Below are positions 37,998-47,714 of a stretch of 64,000 nt of DNA, in pieces. Both the position numbers and the translations under genes were made by a program. The stretch covers positions 288,001 through 352,000 of the forward strand of contig JAVLKG010000005.1 of NCBI GenBank assembly GCA_032128875.1, read 5' to 3'. Below the pieces are notes generated by a model, which was given only the letters and a program-made list of their open reading frames with translations, was not told the DNA's origin and did no database searches. This DNA is from Candidatus Melainabacteria bacterium 17Bon1m (lineage in GTDB: Bacteria; Cyanobacteriota; Vampirovibrionia; Obscuribacterales; Obscuribacteraceae). Position 1 is the stretch's first letter, and each line of letters begins with the position of its first letter.

Positions 37998-38839
37998 AGT
38001 CACCAAAGCCGATTCCGAGCACTATTAGAAACATCGCCATTGTGATTCCGGCTCACAATGAAGAAGGTTGTATTGAGCTGACTGTTAAACACTTGCATCT
38101 CGAGCTGACTACCAACAAGGTTCCGCATCAAATTGTAGTCGTTGATGACGGGAGCACTGATAGCACCTGGCAAATTTTGCTTGGGTTGGCGAAGGAAATT
38201 CCCACGCTCAAACCTGTGAAGAACATGGGACCGCACGGGTTTGGTCGCGCTGTCATTTGCGGCTTACAGAGTTTTGACGCTGACGCTGTGACGATCATGA
38301 TGGCAGACAACTCTGATGACGCGAACGATGTTGTTCAGTATTGGCATAAGCTCAATGAAGGCTATGACTGCGTTTTCGGCAGTCGCTTCATCAAAGGCGG
38401 CGGCGTCATCGACTATCCGATTCACAAACTGATCATGAATCGCATGGCAAATCTGTTTGTCAAAATCATGTTCAACATCTCTTACAACGACACGACCAAC
38501 GCATTTAAAGCGTATCGAAAGAGTGTGATTGACGGCTGTGCGCCGTTTATCTCCCCGCATTTCAACCTGACCGTCGAGATTCCACTCAAGGCAATGGTGC
38601 GGGGATTTAGCTGGACGGTCGTGCCTATCACCTGGAGAAATCGCCGCACAGGCATTTCAAAACTCAAGATCCAAGAGATGGGCAGTCGCTATTTGTTTAT
38701 TTGCCTCTACATTTGGCTTGAGAAGACGTTGACGCGTGATTACCGAGTAAAACCTGATGAGCCGCGAGTCACCGCTGCACAGGCTCCACAAGTAATTGAG
38801 CCAGCAAAAGTCGAAAGCACGGAGTCGGTTGAATCTTAG
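37994..38839 (+). CDS. GT2 polyprenol-phosphate glycosyltransferase (DPM1-like)
   Basis: VIPAHNEE, VDDGSTD, GFGRA, MAD, VFGSRF; ATGA overlap with the upstream gene. Confidence 0.88.
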   Translation: MKSPKPIPSTIRNIAIVIPAHNEEGCIELTVKHLHLELTTNKVPHQIVVVDDGSTDSTWQILLGLAKEIPTLKPVKNMGPHGFGRAVICGLQSFDADAVTIMMADNSDDANDVVQYWHKLNEGYDCVFGSRFIKGGGVIDYPIHKLIMNRMANLFVKIMFNISYNDTTNAFKAYRKSVIDGCAPFISPHFNLTVEIPLKAMVRGFSWTVVPITWRNRRTGISKLKIQEMGSRYLFICLYIWLEKTLTRDYRVKPDEPRVTAAQAPQVIEPAKVESTESVES

Positions 38840-38841
38840 AA

Positions 38842-39954
38842 TTAGCTCTTGATGGGAGCTTCCTTTGTTTCTTCAGGTTCTTTCGAGCTCTCCTGTTCTT
38901 TTGGCAGTTCTGAAACTTCTGACGCTCCTGTCTTTTCTGGTTCTGGCGCACTGATGACGCTGAGGTCGTTCCTGTCTCTGCCTTTCATCATGAAGGGCTT
39001 TTCTATAAGATGCCAGCTTGCAAGCGCACACAACATTGATACCGGAGTTGATACCAGTGTTAGTACATTCGGGTCTGTAATTCCAGCTTTGAAGAACAAT
39101 TGTTGAATTGGAAAAGCGTATAGATAGACGCCGTATGAAAGATCCGAGTACTTCGTAAAAAACACCAGCTTGTTCAGTTCCAACTTCTTATTGAGTGCAA
39201 GAGCGAGTAAAACGTAAGTTCCTGGAATAGGCAAAATCAAATTAAGGCAGCGCCCCGACACACTTGCAACAACGATGGACAGTAAGGCAAGAACAATTAG
39301 CTTCGGTGTAAAGCGAATCTTTTGCAAGAACAAATAGAAAAGAACACCTGCAAAAAAGTGCGAGCCCAAGCGATTGAATATCTCACCTCCTGGACATAAT
39401 CCGAAGGTGAAAATCACAAATATTGCAACCGCAACGGGTACTTTGACAAGCTTTAGCAAGCCCATCATGGCTAGGATTGCGTACATAAACTCTTCGTAGC
39501 GAATCGTCCACAAAGAGCCGTTGATCATTCCCATGTAAGGATTTTTACTGCAAAACGCCGGGCACGGAATTTGCGGATCTTGCAATGTAATGGCGCGAAA
39601 TATCCACGTAAACACGGTTTGATCGGGAAGGACTACTCCGCCCAAAGGTCCGAATATAAAAGCAGAAACAAGAATCGCAGTGATGAAACCGGGGTAGATA
39701 CGGCGAATCCGTCGCATCAAATATTCTTTGAAGCTGCCCGATTTAAACCAACTGCCACAAACAAGAAAACCGCTTATGTTGAGAAAACAGTGGACAGCCC
39801 ATGTTCCGCCATCGAGCTGCCCGCGGGTAAACCAAAAGACTGGCTCTGTAGCCTGGCTGAGTTTAGTCAGCCAAAAAGAATGCGACCAAATAACAATCAA
39901 GGCGAGGCCCAATCTGATCGTCGAGAAGTTGTCGATGCGCCTCAGGCTTGGCAT
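38842..39954 (-). CDS. Acyltransferase-3 (OafA-like) O-acyltransferase
   Basis: IRLGLA..VIWSH, ISGFLV, RRIRRIYP, NGSLWTIRYE, SYGVYLY.FPIQ, SWHLIEKP. Confidence 0.9.
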   Translation of the reverse strand: MPSLRRIDNFSTIRLGLALIVIWSHSFWLTKLSQATEPVFWFTRGQLDGGTWAVHCFLNISGFLVCGSWFKSGSFKEYLMRRIRRIYPGFITAILVSAFIFGPLGGVVLPDQTVFTWIFRAITLQDPQIPCPAFCSKNPYMGMINGSLWTIRYEEFMYAILAMMGLLKLVKVPVAVAIFVIFTFGLCPGGEIFNRLGSHFFAGVLFYLFLQKIRFTPKLIVLALLSIVVASVSGRCLNLILPIPGTYVLLALALNKKLELNKLVFFTKYSDLSYGVYLYAFPIQQLFFKAGITDPNVLTLVSTPVSMLCALASWHLIEKPFMMKGRDRNDLSVISAPEPEKTGASEVSELPKEQESSKEPEETKEAPIKS

Positions 39955-40039
39955 TTTGTCGAAAGATTATCCGCAGGTTTCAATTAGTAATTTTATGCGC
40001 CTGTCTCTTTGTACCCGGATGGGCGTGGCTCCGCTCCGC

Positions 40040-41770
40040 TCAAGGCTGGGGAAGCTCGTACACGGTGACTCTGGCGAACTCTACCGCCGCTGGGTATTCA
40101 ATCTTCCGAACAACCTTGAACTTGCGATCCATGGCTGCAACCAATTCATCGATTAGCTTCTTTCGAGGCATTTTCGAAGACGAAAGCAGTTCCAGTTGCT
40201 TGTCTGCATCGCGCGACAAAGCTACGAACTTGTAGCCTCTCGAACGCAGATTTTCAATGTGCTTGAGCGTTTCCTCTATCAAATTGTCCTTCATCCACGG
40301 CTTGTCCATGACCGGAATATTGGCAGGAATTGTCGTATCTTCCCATTTCGCAAAACCGAACAAGCCGACGTTATGCGCTTTCCTCGCTGCTTCGGGAAGG
40401 TAGTAGCCCAACGTTGGTCCTAGCACGTCCGGGCAAATGACAAATGCAGTGTTGTCGAACTTGCCTTCGATGGCTTCTTGCGCCACTGTTTTCAAAGCAG
40501 AATTCGGCGCACCAGTTCGTAAAATAGCGCAGCCAATGTTCACTCCCGAAAATGCAATGAGAATCAGGGTCAGAGCCACTTGTGCTGCTTTTGTAGTCGA
40601 GCCGTCGCGATTCCAGAACGTAAAACTTACACATATCGCGAGCAAAACCCAGGCGGCAGAACAGAATGGATAAACATATCGGAAATAGCCTGCCCACCAA
40701 GTTGTGATATATCCCATGACGCAACACGGAATAATCGTCACGCATGCGAGCACGATTAAAATGTCAACGCTGAGATTATGACTTCTTGTGTCTGCGCTTT
40801 CATCTACGAGAGTAGCGGTTTCAGCGGATGCGTTAACAGATGATGCTTTTCGGAACTTTCGAATCAAGAAAGCAATGAGGAATATCGCCAGCAGCGCTGG
40901 TCCAAAGAAAATGTGTGTGGGCAGTAAATTCATCGAGTTGAAGTAAAAAACTTCGGGAAAGCGGCTCAGCGGTGTCCTATCCAAGTACAGAGCACCAGAA
41001 GTCTGACTCAAAACGGATGGCAACCATGGTCCGAACAAAGCGAATGCTAAAACGAGCGCACCAACGCATTTGCCGTAAGTCTGAAGGCTGTTTTTGCGGG
41101 CGTTTGCGTCACTAGTGCGCAAATAGTTTCGCACCAAGATGATCGTGCTCGCCAGCCCCAAGCATGGTATCAAAACGCAGCCTACGTACGCGGTGTAGCA
41201 CAATGCAGCCGTGGCGAATGCTGCGGTGAAAAACGCAATGACGGTGGCTTTTTTGTTCGCCTCTGCCTTTTGCAGAACAACATAGGCGGTCAGTGCGATA
41301 GTTGAGAACAGCCCAGCAAGTGCATAACCTCGACATTGCCCTGAAAGAAAAACGGCGAGGGGAGACATCGCGCAAAACAATGCAGAGAGCATCCCCACGC
41401 GCCTGGAATTGCAAACTTTCCCAAGCCAATACGAAGCCGGGATTGTAAGAAGCCCGAAGATAACGGACGGAATTTTTACTGAAAAATCCCCACGCCCAAA
41501 CAGTTTCATCCAGGTGTTGAGAACCACATAGAACAGCGGCGGATGGTAGTCGTCCTGGCGTCCAAAACCGTTGGTGATGACGCAGATGAAGTTGTCACCA
41601 GTGGAGCTGTTTATCGACAAATATTCGTCGAGCCATATGCCCATGCGCAGAGTCGGGTAGAGCACAATGAGCGCTACTGCCATCAGCGCCAGCAAAGCCA
41701 GAAGGACTAAATGAGAACGCTTCGAGTTTGTGTTTTTATCAAAAGACACTTTTGTGCTGGGCCTTGGCAT
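40040..41770 (-). CDS. GT39/PMT_2-like (ArnT-like) GT-C glycosyltransferase
   Basis: IWLDE, HPPLFY, PSVIFGLLTI, SP...LS...RGYAL. Start moved to ATG 41770 to avoid overlap with the divergent gene. Confidence 0.85.
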   Translation of the reverse strand: MPRPSTKVSFDKNTNSKRSHLVLLALLALMAVALIVLYPTLRMGIWLDEYLSINSSTGDNFICVITNGFGRQDDYHPPLFYVVLNTWMKLFGRGDFSVKIPSVIFGLLTIPASYWLGKVCNSRRVGMLSALFCAMSPLAVFLSGQCRGYALAGLFSTIALTAYVVLQKAEANKKATVIAFFTAAFATAALCYTAYVGCVLIPCLGLASTIILVRNYLRTSDANARKNSLQTYGKCVGALVLAFALFGPWLPSVLSQTSGALYLDRTPLSRFPEVFYFNSMNLLPTHIFFGPALLAIFLIAFLIRKFRKASSVNASAETATLVDESADTRSHNLSVDILIVLACVTIIPCCVMGYITTWWAGYFRYVYPFCSAAWVLLAICVSFTFWNRDGSTTKAAQVALTLILIAFSGVNIGCAILRTGAPNSALKTVAQEAIEGKFDNTAFVICPDVLGPTLGYYLPEAARKAHNVGLFGFAKWEDTTIPANIPVMDKPWMKDNLIEETLKHIENLRSRGYKFVALSRDADKQLELLSSSKMPRKKLIDELVAAMDRKFKVVRKIEYPAAVEFARVTVYELPQP

Positions 41771-41876
41771 TCCGGACCATAAGCCGTCCGGGCAGGGCAA
41801 TTGGAAGGGGTCTTTGAGTATTTTACATGCCTGGCGGGTATGATCTTGATCTATAGAGCCCTTACTAAAAACCAAG

Positions 41877-42974
41877 ATGACTAGCTCGGTAGTTACTAAA
41901 GAAGGCGTCAGCTTTAGATTCCCCTGGATGTTCGGGCGCGAGTACGACATTCTGTTCTTCTTTCTGCCCGTCATATTGGGCGTGACGCTCTTCTATTTCG
42001 TCCGATTTTCCCCGCTGGGTTTGTCGGCGCTGTGGTCAGTATTGCTACTGGAAGCTTTTGGCGCCGGTGCGTTTCACTGGGGACCTACCTGGTTCGCGTA
42101 TTTCGACAAGAAGAATCGTGAGTCATGGAAGGCTCAGCCTTTGAAATTCGCTGTTTTCTTTATCGCCCCCTTGATCGTGCTGCCGCTGTGCATTGTTGGA
42201 AGCATCTACATTCCGTGGTTAGTCACTCTCATCACGATGATCTGGGCTCTGCAGCATTTGATTCAGCAAAACGTTGGAATTGGGCTGCTCTACCACAATC
42301 AAAATCAAGGTGAAGCAATCGTCGACCGCACCACTGAGATGCGCAGCCAGCAAGCGCCCGCGATTTTCTTTGCGTCAATTCTGTATTGGCGTCACTTCTT
42401 CGGTTCGCCCTCCTTTTGGGTTTACAAGTTAATCGGCGTAATTCTGTTTGCCATTGCTGCTTATTTCGTTGTTAAGTACTTAATTGAATTCACCAGGCAA
42501 GTACGAGATGGCGCCGCAGTCAACGTTCCGTCTCTGGCATTCTGGGCGCTTTCGGTTCTTGCTTTCCTGCCTTGCGCGTATCTCGGCAACAGACCTGACG
42601 ATTGCTTTTTGATACCGTTGACAATGCACTGGTTCCAATACATCGGACTCAACTACATGCTGGTGCGCAACAAATATGTTGAGACATCGGACAATACTGC
42701 CAATTTGTCGATACCAAAAGTTTCTCCAGTGTTGCTTTTCTTTGTAACTGGAGCCGTTGGAATCGGAATTTTGATTTTGATAAAACTGGGCATGAACGTC
42801 AAGAACGTCAGCCCGTTAGCTATACAGGTCTTGGCTGGAACCTACATGGGCATTGCCAACCTGCATTATTTGCACGATGCATTTCTCTGGAGATTTAGAG
42901 AAGAGCATGCACGCAAGACGATTTTGCCGTTTTTGATGTCTTATCGGAAGAAGCGGCAAGCGACTTCTGCATAA
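41877..42974 (+). CDS. Uncharacterised integral membrane protein with four His motifs
   Basis: HWGPTW, WALQH..QQNVG, HWFQY, HYLHDAFLWR; multiple TMs. Confidence 0.75.
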   Translation: MTSSVVTKEGVSFRFPWMFGREYDILFFFLPVILGVTLFYFVRFSPLGLSALWSVLLLEAFGAGAFHWGPTWFAYFDKKNRESWKAQPLKFAVFFIAPLIVLPLCIVGSIYIPWLVTLITMIWALQHLIQQNVGIGLLYHNQNQGEAIVDRTTEMRSQQAPAIFFASILYWRHFFGSPSFWVYKLIGVILFAIAAYFVVKYLIEFTRQVRDGAAVNVPSLAFWALSVLAFLPCAYLGNRPDDCFLIPLTMHWFQYIGLNYMLVRNKYVETSDNTANLSIPKVSPVLLFFVTGAVGIGILILIKLGMNVKNVSPLAIQVLAGTYMGIANLHYLHDAFLWRFREEHARKTILPFLMSYRKKRQATSA

Positions 42975-43052
42975 CCGGGTAAGATCTCCAAAGTAAGTTG
43001 CCGACACGAGCGCTTGAGTTTCGTTCAAGCTCGTTTTTACTAGGAGGACAAG

Positions 43053-45560
43053 GTGACAAGTGGAGTTTCTGGCTCGAGTGGGTCCGGCAATAATCACGTT
43101 CCTCTTCTAATCGCCCTCTGCGCCGTGGCAGCTTCGACGATGATTGTCGAGATCGTCATCGTCAAATTTATTGCGTTCAAAGTTTTCCACCACTTCATCA
43201 ACATGATTGTGAGCACCGTTGTGCTCAGCTTTGCTGCTGCCGGCACCTACCTCTATTTGAAGGGCAAGAATGAGGCCGACCCGGCGAGTTCGTGGCGCAA
43301 TGCCGCACGAGAAGCGCTTTTGTATTCGATAACCTTGATGTTGTCAATCCTTCTTTTTTGCTGGATTCCGATCGATCCTTACAATGTCAATTTGAGCCCA
43401 ATCGTTCGCATTGGCTCCTTGCCGATTTATTTTGGAATTTTGGCAGTACCTTTCTTTTTCGGCGGACTCTGCATTAGTCGTGTGCTTGCAGAGAGCAGCC
43501 TGCAGCCCAGTAGAGTTCTCTTGTTCGACCTTGCCGCTGCTGCAATTGCAGCCGCAGCCGCTCCGGCTATGCTGGAAGTTTTGAACGGCTACGGCGAAAT
43601 AGCACTAGCTGCCGCGCTCGGCTTTGTCGCATATCTTGCGTTCTTAAAAAGCGCGGGGGATTTAAAAGCAAAACCTGTTGGTATCGGGTTTGCGATTTTC
43701 CTTCCTATCGTCGCGGCCACGCTCGCTTATCCTGGTTGGGCATTCAACACTTATGGGCTGGACATTCGCACCTACAAGGGTGAAAACCTCGAGCGAATTG
43801 CGCTCAAAGAGCTCAATGGAATTAGCAGAACCTACTGGAATGCGCTCGCGCGTATTGATGTCTCGAATGTCGGCTTTTCCAATGACGAGATGTTTTTCTA
43901 CGGCTTCGTCGATTCGAAAGACAAGAAAGAAGGACGCCTAATTACTGTCGACAAAGGCGCCAACACGAGACAGTTTGCAAACAAAGGCAAGCTTGAAGAT
44001 CAGAAATTTTTTGGCGACAGCGTCGTTGCAATCCCCTATATTGCGCACAAAGAAAACCCAATCAAGAATGTGCTGATTATCGGTGGTGGCGGCGGACTGG
44101 ACATTACTGTTGCCAAATTCTTCAAGTCGCCTAATGTAGATGTGCTTGAAATGAATCCGATGACGTACAAGCATGTCTTGCTTGGCGAGGGTGATCCCAA
44201 TCGAGATCTGTTTCAACCGTGGGTGGCTAGTGACGCGACGAGCCAGATCAATATTTTCAATAAAGAAGCTCGTCACTTCTGCTCCTCGGCTCCTCCCGGC
44301 GGATACGACGTCATTCAAGCCACGGGCGTCGATACTTTCACTGCCATTGCATCCGGTGCGTTAGCATTCTCGGACAATTATTTGTACACCTATGATGCAG
44401 TGAAGAGCTATATGCGTCTTCTCAAGCCAGGTGGCGTTCTTTCGTTGGCTTATTGCCGCGAACCCGAAGCCTTGCCGATCCGGATTTTTGCATCTTATCT
44501 GGCTTGCCTGGAAGAAAACGGTGTAAAAGAGCCGTACAAGCACGTGATGGTTGTTGGCAAGGATATGTCCGATATCCTCGTCAAGACCACGCCATTTACA
44601 CCGGAAGAATTACAGAGCGTACGCGATTGGTGTAAGCGCACCGGCGCGGTGTTGGTGTTCGACCCTGAGAGGAAAACCGCAGACACACCCGGTCTGCGTC
44701 CACTCGAAGTTATGTATACAAAGCTCGGCTTTGCCGATACTGCTACGCGTCAAAGTCTGATTGACACTTACGAGAAAAACATTTTCCCTGCGACCGACGA
44801 CAAGCCTTACTTCTACCAAACTGATCGCAATGAGAGCTTTATTTTCTCGTCCAATTACTCGTACTCTCCCAATCTAGCGGTCATGCTGATTGCGATTTTT
44901 TGCCTGGTGCTTATTGCTTTGCCTATTCGCAAAGCCGGTATCAGCGCCATGTCCGGGCCACTTCTTGCGCGGGCCGTATATTTCGCATTTTGTGGTTTTG
45001 CATTTCTTCTGTACGAGGTCGCTATCGTTCAGCTCTTTACTGTCTTCGTCGGCGGACCCGCGTATGCATTGGCGGTGGTATTGGTGGCGGTGCTAATCGG
45101 ATATTCTCTGGGGTGTTTTGCGGTTTCTAAATTGCCTGTGCGTAGCTCGACCTTTGTGGCCATTGGGCTTTTGCTGTTTGGCACAAACATGTTTGCTTGC
45201 TTCGCTTTGCCGGGCATCATTTCGTCTCTTCTCAGCATTGGCTTCACCGAGCGTATTGTGTTCTGCGCGCTAATCACCACGTTGCTGTCCTGTTTTACGG
45301 GACTTTCCGTACCGCTAGCGATGGAAGCCGCAAAGGCGGATTCTGCGCGCGAGATTTCCTGGTTCTGGGGAATTAGTTGCTCTTTCAACGCTCTGGGAGC
45401 CGCATGTTTCCCGCTTATTTCCATGCAAATCGGAATCAAGGCAACACTTGCGGTTGTCGCTGTTTTGTACTTGGTGGCAAATCTACTTTTCGCGAAGTTG
45501 CTTCAGGGACAAAGCCGCACTACCAATGACCAGCAGAGCACGCCGGCGCAAGCCGCCTAA
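43053..45560 (+). CDS. Membrane protein with central spermidine-synthase-like SAM-fold domain
   Basis: N- and C-terminal TM bundles; NVLIIGGGGGLD, VLEMNP, EAR.F, YDVI, YLYT, LKPGG, TDDKPYF. Confidence 0.8.
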   Translation: MTSGVSGSSGSGNNHVPLLIALCAVAASTMIVEIVIVKFIAFKVFHHFINMIVSTVVLSFAAAGTYLYLKGKNEADPASSWRNAAREALLYSITLMLSILLFCWIPIDPYNVNLSPIVRIGSLPIYFGILAVPFFFGGLCISRVLAESSLQPSRVLLFDLAAAAIAAAAAPAMLEVLNGYGEIALAAALGFVAYLAFLKSAGDLKAKPVGIGFAIFLPIVAATLAYPGWAFNTYGLDIRTYKGENLERIALKELNGISRTYWNALARIDVSNVGFSNDEMFFYGFVDSKDKKEGRLITVDKGANTRQFANKGKLEDQKFFGDSVVAIPYIAHKENPIKNVLIIGGGGGLDITVAKFFKSPNVDVLEMNPMTYKHVLLGEGDPNRDLFQPWVASDATSQINIFNKEARHFCSSAPPGGYDVIQATGVDTFTAIASGALAFSDNYLYTYDAVKSYMRLLKPGGVLSLAYCREPEALPIRIFASYLACLEENGVKEPYKHVMVVGKDMSDILVKTTPFTPEELQSVRDWCKRTGAVLVFDPERKTADTPGLRPLEVMYTKLGFADTATRQSLIDTYEKNIFPATDDKPYFYQTDRNESFIFSSNYSYSPNLAVMLIAIFCLVLIALPIRKAGISAMSGPLLARAVYFAFCGFAFLLYEVAIVQLFTVFVGGPAYALAVVLVAVLIGYSLGCFAVSKLPVRSSTFVAIGLLLFGTNMFACFALPGIISSLLSIGFTERIVFCALITTLLSCFTGLSVPLAMEAAKADSAREISWFWGISCSFNALGAACFPLISMQIGIKATLAVVAVLYLVANLLFAKLLQGQSRTTNDQQSTPAQAA

Positions 45561-45672
45561 GACTCCAGCGGTTTTGGAAGCGACTTCCAAAGATCCGGAA
45601 TACGTCGGAATATCCGGAATACTTGGCTCACGAAGACTTCGGTAGCTCGGCAAAACGCTGCGTTTCGAAGCC

Positions 45673-46914
45673 CTAGGACACCAGCAATTTGTTTATCACT
45701 GGGTCGCGCAGCTTCCAAATGAAAGCGTCTGTCCAAAAGTGTTGAATGTTCAGAAACACCCAGATGGAGATAAAACAAAGCGCTTTGTCTGCGATACCAA
45801 CTTGAGTCATCCAGGTCGGAAGTGAAAACGCCAGGAGAAAACCTACAGCGAAGACAATTCCGAAATAGAGCATGCCGACCTTGGTGAACAGCATACGTCC
45901 AATCTGATGGAAGCTAACGTTCTCAGGTAAGCCTCTTTCTTTGAAATAGAAAGCTGACGTGACAACTAGATATTGGCTTGAATGGAAGAACCATTGCGAG
46001 AACATGTAATAGAGCAAAGCGAAATGCGTGCCTGCAATGAGCGGCAAAGCTGTAAGCGTCATGATTACGAGAAGCGCAGGCACCGGCATCAAAGCTTTTT
46101 CTTTGATGTATTTGCGAACTACCATGCCGACAAAAGCCAGTACAGAAACTTGCAGCACAACCAGTGAGGCAGTGCAGAGCCATTCCGGCAGAATTGCGTA
46201 GAACGGCACGTCGTAAAGGTTGAGCAGCTTGAAAGTGCCGAAATCTTTGAGCGCGAACATGCGAATGATCAAGTAGACCATGGTGGCATCTACCATGAAC
46301 TTCATGATTTTCTTTTCGATGTTGTTGAGCATGTATTTGCGCTTGTAGCAGTACACGAGCGCAATTCCGTACGATTGAGCAAGCTGGTGCTGGAAGCCCC
46401 AGGCAAGAACGAGCTTGATAAAGAAAGTGGTTGTGGCGTGAATGTAGAGCGTAGAAAGACCAGCCAGCAGTGCGACAAATGCGATTACCGCGACTGGCTT
46501 GCCGATCGCTTCACGTGTGACTTTGCTTCCGTAGACGCGGAAGAGGGTCGCAGGTTGGTGTCCATCGCCAAAGATGTGCAAACCAATCACACTGAGAGCG
46601 AAGAAGGCTTGAGCGGTTGTGTTGCCGTCGAAGCCATAGCCGAACTTGGTTAGAGACAAACCTGCATAGCAAAGCCAGAATGCGCCACCGCAGACGAAGA
46701 GCAAGTCGATGACGGGATTTAGAATCCAAGGATATGGACCGAGAGCTTTTGCCGTGGCGGCCGCGGACTGTTCGGAAGTTGGCTCAGTGAGTTTGGCGGC
46801 TTCTATTGCAGGCGCCGGCTGTTGATATGATGCCGGTGCGGATGCAGGCACGGTGCCAGGTGCAGCGGTTTCAGCCGTGCGAAAACTGACTTCGTCCACA
46901 GGGTCTCCCTCCAA
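45673..46914 (-). CDS. Uncharacterised integral membrane protein with four His motifs (paralog of 41877..42974)
   Basis: HQPATL, WGFQH..AQSYG, HSSQY, HFWTDAFIWK. Confidence 0.75.
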   Translation of the reverse strand: MEGDPVDEVSFRTAETAAPGTVPASAPASYQQPAPAIEAAKLTEPTSEQSAAATAKALGPYPWILNPVIDLLFVCGGAFWLCYAGLSLTKFGYGFDGNTTAQAFFALSVIGLHIFGDGHQPATLFRVYGSKVTREAIGKPVAVIAFVALLAGLSTLYIHATTTFFIKLVLAWGFQHQLAQSYGIALVYCYKRKYMLNNIEKKIMKFMVDATMVYLIIRMFALKDFGTFKLLNLYDVPFYAILPEWLCTASLVVLQVSVLAFVGMVVRKYIKEKALMPVPALLVIMTLTALPLIAGTHFALLYYMFSQWFFHSSQYLVVTSAFYFKERGLPENVSFHQIGRMLFTKVGMLYFGIVFAVGFLLAFSLPTWMTQVGIADKALCFISIWVFLNIQHFWTDAFIWKLRDPVINKLLVS

Positions 46915-47210
46915 TACGCCTTAGTAACTGGGAAATCTTCTAAAGAGAAGGATCAGAATAGTTCTGAAATTCTGATATCCCATTATTTATATGCCCGAGA
47001 AAATCGGTATATAAACCATTCTAGAGCATGTAAGCACTGCTCGAAAGCTTGATGGGCAGCCAATATTTAGACAGATGAAGTAATGGTGGTCGCAACCGCG
47101 AATGACGGATGCGCTGCTCCCGACATTGCTTCCGTGTCGATCTCCACAGGCGCTGGGTTTCTAAATTTGGACAAAGTCGTCTCATAGACTCATTCGGCGT
47201 GAGAAAACAC

Positions 47211-47257
47211 AAAAAAGCGGGTCCACGCCCTACAGACAGGCACGTGGCAACCCGCTT
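47211..47257 (-). terminator. Terminator after the small secreted protein gene
   Basis: aagcgggt/acccgctt and ccacg/cgtgg stems, with an A-run on + (U-tract on -). Confidence 0.6.
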
Positions 47258-47299
47258 CAGAAAGTCCGAAGGCAATGTTGTGCTGATTAGGTTATGCGA

Positions 47300-47521
47300 T
47301 TACCTTACGATGGCTCTGGAAAGCCAGAAGGCGCGCAGTCCGCGGTACATTTTCACCATGTCTACGCCGGGTTTGTTGACCGTGGAGACTGCTGGTGCAA
47401 TTTTTGGTGCCGCTGTTGGTCCAAGTATGATTGGGCCGCTTGCAAAGCTGCTTGTGGCGAATAGGCCGAAGCTAAATACGCCAGCTAATGCTGCTGCAGT
47501 AAGTACTTTACGAGTTTTCAT
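47300..47521 (-). CDS. Small secreted hypothetical protein (73 aa)
   Basis: MKTRKVLTAAALAGVFSFGLFATSSFA signal peptide; SD AAAGGA; terminator downstream. Confidence 0.6.
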   Translation of the reverse strand: MKTRKVLTAAALAGVFSFGLFATSSFASGPIILGPTAAPKIAPAVSTVNKPGVDMVKMYRGLRAFWLSRAIVR

Positions 47522-47714
47522 TTTTCCTTTGATACCTCCGACTTCTGGAATCCTACAGCCTGAGTCATTTCTAGCTAGATAATGTCTATCATAGAAGATA
47601 AGCGCGGATGTGGATCTTGACAATATAATATCACGATAGGGAAAGATTAAAATCTAGGAATTTTCCTAAAATCTCGAAGCTAATAATTGAGTAAAGTAAC
47701 ATCAGAGGTCTGCT

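Noticed and set aside
45593-45622. Short repeat atccggaatac x2 between convergent genes
   Set aside because: Only two or three short copies with no other support; may be part of a terminator region.
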